A stretch of DNA of 63,014 nucleotides, the filler included, from Pelomyxa schiedti (Eukaryota; Protista; Evosea): the NCBI GenBank assembly GCA_020536535.1. It is 10 parts of 10 records of this genome, joined end to end, with 100 filler letters (N's around TTAATTAATTAA, not from the genome) between each part and the next. Parts side by side here need not be neighbours in the genome. Positions count along the whole stretch, not along the records: positions 54,644 to 61,495 come from JAHLWZ010000287.1; positions 61,596 to 63,014 come from JAHLWZ010002517.1; 8 more parts are not named here. One strand, written 5' to 3'. Of this stretch, positions 57,395-63,014 are shown piece after piece. The translations under genes and the position numbers were made by a program. Each line of letters starts with the position of its first letter. Position 1 is the stretch's first letter. Below the pieces are notes generated by a model that worked only from the letters and a program-made list of their open reading frames with translations, was not told the DNA's origin and searched no databases.

Positions 57395-60075
57395 ATGAGC
57401 TGGGCGACGTCAGAGCCGTGCGGTGGGCCGACGAGGGTCAAGTTGGTGTTCGGCGGGGGGCTGGGGAGGTGCGGCGGCGCGCGACAGATCTCGTCGGGGC
57501 GGTGCCTGTGGTCGCCCCCGGCCAACTTGGCCACGGTAGCAGATCTGTCGTCGGCCATCGTGCGTGCTTTTGGGTTGCAAAAGGCCACGTACGTTGTTTT
57601 GTTAGTCCCGATTTTTTTTTTTTTTTTGTTTCTTAATTTCAATTGGTGTTTTCGTTGCGACATAATTCACGCAGCTGTTTTTTTTTTTTCCCCCCCGTTC
57701 ATATGTGTATTATTGGCTTTAATTCGTGCGCTCAAGAACTATTTAAATTTGCAGGGGGAATGGAGTTCTATTGTCTGTTGATGGGTTTACTGTGCCAGCT
57801 AATTCTCCTATTTCAATCTTGTCTTCTACTGACGTGATAACGTACCCCTTATTTGTTTCCCCTTTTTACCACTTAATCGTGTAGTATTACTCCTGTTCCA
57901 GAGGAAGCTGATTGGAGCATTCCTATTCCAGAAGTAGTTTGCTCTCCAGGAGAGGAAGCAGAAGAAGCTGAGGAAGACAAGGCCACTCAACATGTGCCGA
58001 AAAACCCCAAGTCTTCCCTGCAGACCAAAGAACCAGAAATCAAAGAAATCCCTGTAGAAAAACCGAACCTCAAGGGAAAGTCTGCTGTCAGTGTGCCTGT
58101 TGAAAAAAAGGAGGAACCTTCACGGAAGAGACAACCATCAAGGCCGATTGTGCAAGAAACAGTCGCCGAGGAAATGCTTGAAGTTGATTCAAAGGCAAGT
58201 CCCACGGAGTCACCTCACGAACATGCACCCGCAAGTAAGAAGATAAGAGTCAGTCATATACAAGTCCCGCCACAACAACCCGAAGCTGCTAAGAAACCCA
58301 ACCAGAAACCAAAGCAACCTGAACCTGAGAAAAATGTACTGAAAAAGTCAAGCACCAAGGTACCAATTGCCATTTGAGAATTACTAAAATTTCCCTAGGC
58401 AATAATTACTCCCTCCATCAAACCAACCACTACATCGCCAGCTCTGCCCATTAAGCCAAGTCCACCAACTGACTCACCATCAACCACAGCTCCCATAATT
58501 TCAAAAAGCGAACTCAGGCACGTTTCAGCAGCTCAGTTTGGAAAGAAGATAAAATTTGGGGACGATGGAGAAAGTACACTCTACCCTTCCTCCTTGATTG
58601 TCTCACTTGACACTGTTATCAGTTGAATCACAGGAACAAATACAGCCCGCTTTCATTGTGCAAGGAAAGAAAGGAAGAAAGGGCAGAAGAATTGCTCAAG
58701 AGCCAAGTACAGAAAAGAAAGAAGTCACAGAAGCACCTGCAAATAGAGTACTGGACAGCAGCAGTGTGACAGGCGGGACAGATGACATTCAAACAAATAA
58801 AAGTTTTATTATAAGGCAAGGAGATACATTACCAGACAGTATGACATCTTATAAAACACTCATTTGTTTACAATACTTCAGTTGCCAGCCAGCTTGGTAA
58901 GACTAATAAACGAAAGCAACTTCAACAACCTCAACCTCCAGCACCCACGCCCGCACCTGCACAGGAGAAAAATGAAGAGAGAGTAGAAGAGCCCGAGGAA
59001 GACTACAATTCTGTCCCACCTTTTACTGGCCCGCCAATGGTATTTCCTCTTGTTATGCTAATACTAGATTACACACTATTTCCAAGGTTGGAGATGTAAT
59101 CGCATTCAAGATGGCAGAACTTTCGCTTGCTACCTGGTCTCCAGAAATATCTGGCTGGAAGGTTTTCATCTTTCATCTCNNNNNNNNNNNNNNNNNNNNN
59201 NNNNNNNNNNNNNNNNNNNNNNNNNNNNNNNNNNNNNNNNNNNNNNNNNNNNNNNNNNNNNNNNNNNNNNNNNNNNNNNTAATACTAGATTACACACTAT
59301 TTCCAAGGTTGGAGATGTAATCGCATTCAAGATGGCAGAACTTTCGCTTGCTACCTGGTCTCCAGAAATATCTGGCTGGAAGGTTTTCATCTTTCATCTC
59401 CTTTTATTGTTTGAAAACAATGACAACCCAAAGGTCGCTGAGATCACATCATATGAAAGTACAACTGGTGTGCTCTCCCTGAATTTGCTCAAATCCAAGT
59501 CCTCCTCGACGTAAGTACTCAACACCCACCCAAACCTCACACCACTTAAACCAATCCTCAGCACTTGGAGTGGGGAGCAGGAAGGAGCACTTACTCTGCA
59601 CCAGCACAACTTAATTGATCTCCGGCTCTGTTCCCGCCCTAACAAAGAACCAACAGCCACATCCACCAGCACACCAGCCCCAACCCAATCGTCACAACTA
59701 ACAACAGCCACTTCCACAACAAGCAATCTCAGCAATACAAGCTCATCGCCGGCACCAACTACAGATACAAATACTGCAACTCCCAGTTCCACCGGCAGTT
59801 CAACAACGAAAAGTTCTATTGAACAATTTACATCCACAACAACCACATCATCCTCATCCAGCAAGCCAACATCAGCACAACAACCTCACCGCCGCTACAC
59901 TGGCCATGGTGTTGGTTCACTGTTACACAGGCTCAGGAGAAGTGCCCAAGAGCAACCAGAGTCAGAACAAGGAACCAATACTCATGCCAACGATAGCGGT
60001 GACTCTTGCGCCTCTGTGGCCTCAACAACACCACAACTACAACAACAACAAGCAGAGCCGGCAAAGAATGAATGA
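57395..60075 (+). CDS. COIL: Coilin
   Basis: N-domain RVKLVF...CLW..TVADLSSAIVRAFGL...VDGFTVP; low-complexity middle; C-domain DYNSVPPFTGPP|VGDVIAFKMAELS..WSPEISGWK. Confidence 0.8.
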
Positions 60076-60239
60076 GGAGGAACAAGGCATCACTGGAAAC
60101 CCTATAATGCAATCAGTATGTGAGTTCCGGACTTTTTATTTATTACATTAGCCTCGCTTTTTGCAATTTCTGTCTTTTTGCGGTATAAATTATTACTATC
60201 TATTTGTTGTTAGTTTTACTTACCCTGTTTGGGGAGTAA

Positions 60240-61495
60240 CTAGGAAGTGGTGGCAATGAGAGGCTCCAACTTTGGGTCCTCTTGTAGCCATTGTTGTGTG
60301 TAGACCTCGTTTTCTTCTTGTGTGTGATTGTTGTTGCTATTGTTGCTGTTGTTGTGATTAAGCTTTTCAGCCGAATCCATTTCGACTTTGGGAAGCCGGT
60401 GTTTGATGTGCTTCTTGTAGAATTTGAGGTCTTTCACAGTGGTGTAGAATATCCCAGCACCTACAACACCAAGAGAAAATACCGTCCCTACAATGGCCAG
60501 AGTTGCAAAGAAAACCTATGGGAAGTGAATGAATGTTCGATTGGTATGAAGAAAATGGAATACCGATATCAAGGTTTCAAGTGCATCCCAACTACATTCG
60601 TCCATGTCACATGCATAGAAAAATTGGGAATCGAGAAGTGTCCAATCCTTGTTTATGTGTCAGGAGGTTTTTTTGTTTCGCGGCAATGTAAGATAGGTTT
60701 ACCACTGATATTGGTATCATCAACTCGGGGTTATCCATCACACAGTATGCTGTAGCGTTGACATCTTTACCGATTGTCTCATTGACAAGGCTTAACATGA
60801 ACGCAGAGTCACGGGCATTGAAAACCCCGTTGTCGAATGAGGCCCTATCAGTAGCATAAGAAGGAAGCGAACCTATGGGATGTATTCACTGGTAATTGTA
60901 AAGAACTATTTGTTCCATCTGAACTTTGGGCCTATAGGAAGAGAATTGTGCCAGAGCAAAAGTCGACATCACAGATAAGGCAATCGAGGCACACACATCA
61001 TCAGTGGTATCATGCCCCAAGTCTATGCAAGTTTCAATGCACTGCTCAGTGAATGTTGCCTCCCATGCATAAGCATCAAAGGCCAATTCAGTTGTATTAC
61101 ATGTCTGAGTACCACAGCCAAGCATAATCTGCCTCAGAGTCAATGGGGACTTGCATGGGCAACTATACTAAGAGGTGAACAACAAAAAAACATAGTGAAG
61201 AGAACATACCTCAAGCCATAAATGTCTGGGTTAGCCAAAAGTGGAATAGAGAGGTCATCATGACTTACAACAACCCTCACAGTTGCCCTGTTATTCAACC
61301 TAAAATAATCCATATTAGAATAGCAGGGGGAAAAAAAAAAACCAAAACCCAAGCGAGATATAAATTTCGAAATTACCTCATTAGGCCCATGAACACAGCG
61401 ACAACGGCTATTACGAGAATAAGGAAAACGTAAGCGATGGCCCTGAGCCAGTCGCGCTCCTCGTCCTCGTATTTGACAGGCCGCAGCGACGCCGA
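60240..61495 (-). CDS. Two-TM hypothetical membrane protein with Cys-containing ectodomain (5' partial)
   Basis: TM AIAYVFLILVIAVVAVFMGLM; TM VFFATLAIVGTVFSLGVVGAGIFY; short introns. Confidence 0.55.
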
Positions 61496-61595
61496 NNNNN
61501 NNNNNNNNNNNNNNNNNNNNNNNNNNNNNNNNNNNNNNNTTAATTAATTAANNNNNNNNNNNNNNNNNNNNNNNNNNNNNNNNNNNNNNNNNNNN

Positions 61596-61980
61596 GAAGC
61601 CGTGGCCGTTCTTCATGTACAGGTCACGCATTGCGGTGAAGTTCTCTGTTCCCGCTGTGTCAAGTATTTCCAGAACACACGCTCTTCCGTCGATATCCAT
61701 TTGCTTTCTCTGTGGACGCAAGGTTAGAATGTATGTTCGTTTTAAAGCTGGTATATGTATTTGTTCGTTTAATGGTTTTATGTGTGAATAATAATAACAT
61801 GCAGGAGGTGACACTCACATAAGCATCTTCGATTGTTGGGTCATATTTCTCAAGGAAGATTCTTTGGACGAACTGCACTGTGAGTGATGATTTCCCGACG
61901 CCACCAGAACCAAGCACCACCAGTCGGTACACGTTGTTGTTCTCACTGTTGTTGTTGCTCTTTCTTGTTGTTCTTGACAT
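61596..61980 (-). CDS. RAP1: Rap1-type small GTPase (3' partial)
   Basis: [29 protein letters not shown]|[26 protein letters not shown] (Thr61). Confidence 0.92.
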
Positions 61981-62308
61981 CTTTGCGTTTTCTCTTGTCT
62001 GCTTGTTTATTGTGTGTTGTCTTTTTATTTGAGTTATGAAATCGTGTTGCGTTTTGTTTTATGGACATCGGACTTGATCTGAAAAAGAGCCTCCCTTTTT
62101 TTTTCTTTATGCTCGGTACCACGCGTTTATCTGAACCGGGATAAAAATCTTCTTCAAATAATCGGTCCGGTACTTGCGACGGACATCGCGTTGAAATATG
62201 GGGTGAGGCAAGTTGTCTCTGATGCGACAGCTCGGTGTTTGTGACTGAATCGTGCATGTTGTTGATCAAAATTTTTCTTTGTACAAAAGGCAGAGGTGGG
62301 TAATGACA

Positions 62309-63014
62309 TCAAAAGAGGGAGGTCTTTTTGGTTGCTCTTGCCATGATCTTGGCCTTGTCCTCCTTGCTGAACCCGAACACGTCCATTACGTACGGGAGTA
62401 TAACCTACGTTGGGGTAAGTTGGAGCTGTAGCGGAATGACAGGATAACCTTGGGATTGTCTGTGAGGAACAACTTGAACAGGGTATTCCGCATGTACCTT
62501 GCGGGAAATAGAGTTAGTTGATTGGTTTTAGTGCGAGGTGGAAGGTGGGTACTGTAGGTCGACGGAGGGCTGTTGCGCTTTAAGGGTGTTCAGTTGAGCA
62601 AGACAATCGGACTCGCTTTTAATGCTTGCAGCCAGAGCTTCACTGAGGACAGATATCTAACAAATTTGGTTAGCCGGAGAATTCCGGAAAAGGCATGCCT
62701 GGTCCATAAGTTCCAGTTGAGAAAGTTCAATATCGGCGGTAAGGTCTCCATTGGGCTTCCCGTCTGTTGAAAGTCATATTTTGAAACAAGGTTCAAATCG
62801 TTACCGGAATGGAGCTGGGACTTGAGTCGCGTGAGAACCATTCCCACGCATTCATCTCGGGTTATTGAGGTTTTGGCCGGCGCTGGCGCTGGTGCTGGTG
62901 TTGGTGTTGCCGTTGGTGTTGGTATTGTTGTAGGTGGAGTAGTTGGTGTTGCTGCAGTGGAGGTTTGGGGTTCAACTGTTTGTAAGAGTGGTGCCGATGT
63001 TTTTGTTGAGCTAT
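62309..63014 (-). CDS. GRIP-domain golgin, 3' part
   Basis: Spliced VDLQ|YMRNTLFKLFLTDNPK|VILPYVMDVFGFSKEDKAKI with the invariant GRIP Tyr. Confidence 0.75.

Noticed and set aside
59062-59400. Duplicated coilin exon on both sides of a gap
   Set aside because: Exact overlap flanking a 100-N gap; scaffolding artefact.

Overview
Concatenated eukaryotic draft-genome pieces. Nine artificial N44-TTAATTAATTAA-N44 spacers and four 100-N scaffold gaps split the window into 10 pieces, so synteny holds only within a piece. The genome is compact, uses the standard code and has many ~40-50 nt GT-AG introns. Gene content and style suggest an amoebozoan, Pelomyxa/Archamoebae-like (inference). Conserved genes: CPSF100, Pif1, PDI/P5-like, coilin, Rab, Rap1, a GRIP golgin. 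Lineage-expanded material: six copies of an intronless ~400-aa family (five frameshifted), Sel1, ankyrin, LRR and Roco-type pseudokinase genes, a Ty3/Gypsy pol, LINE remnants and several foldback/TIR elements. The most striking locus is 34090-42749: an intact Ubl-Ubl-vWA-Ras(Q61D)-CAAX fusion gene next to a tandem array of four derived Ras paralogues with degenerate G-motifs and exchanged N-termini (WW domains). Also notable are a membrane-anchored thermolysin (M4), a 5-nt micro-exon and two GCATGC-donor GC-AG introns. All exon structures were assembled by eye.
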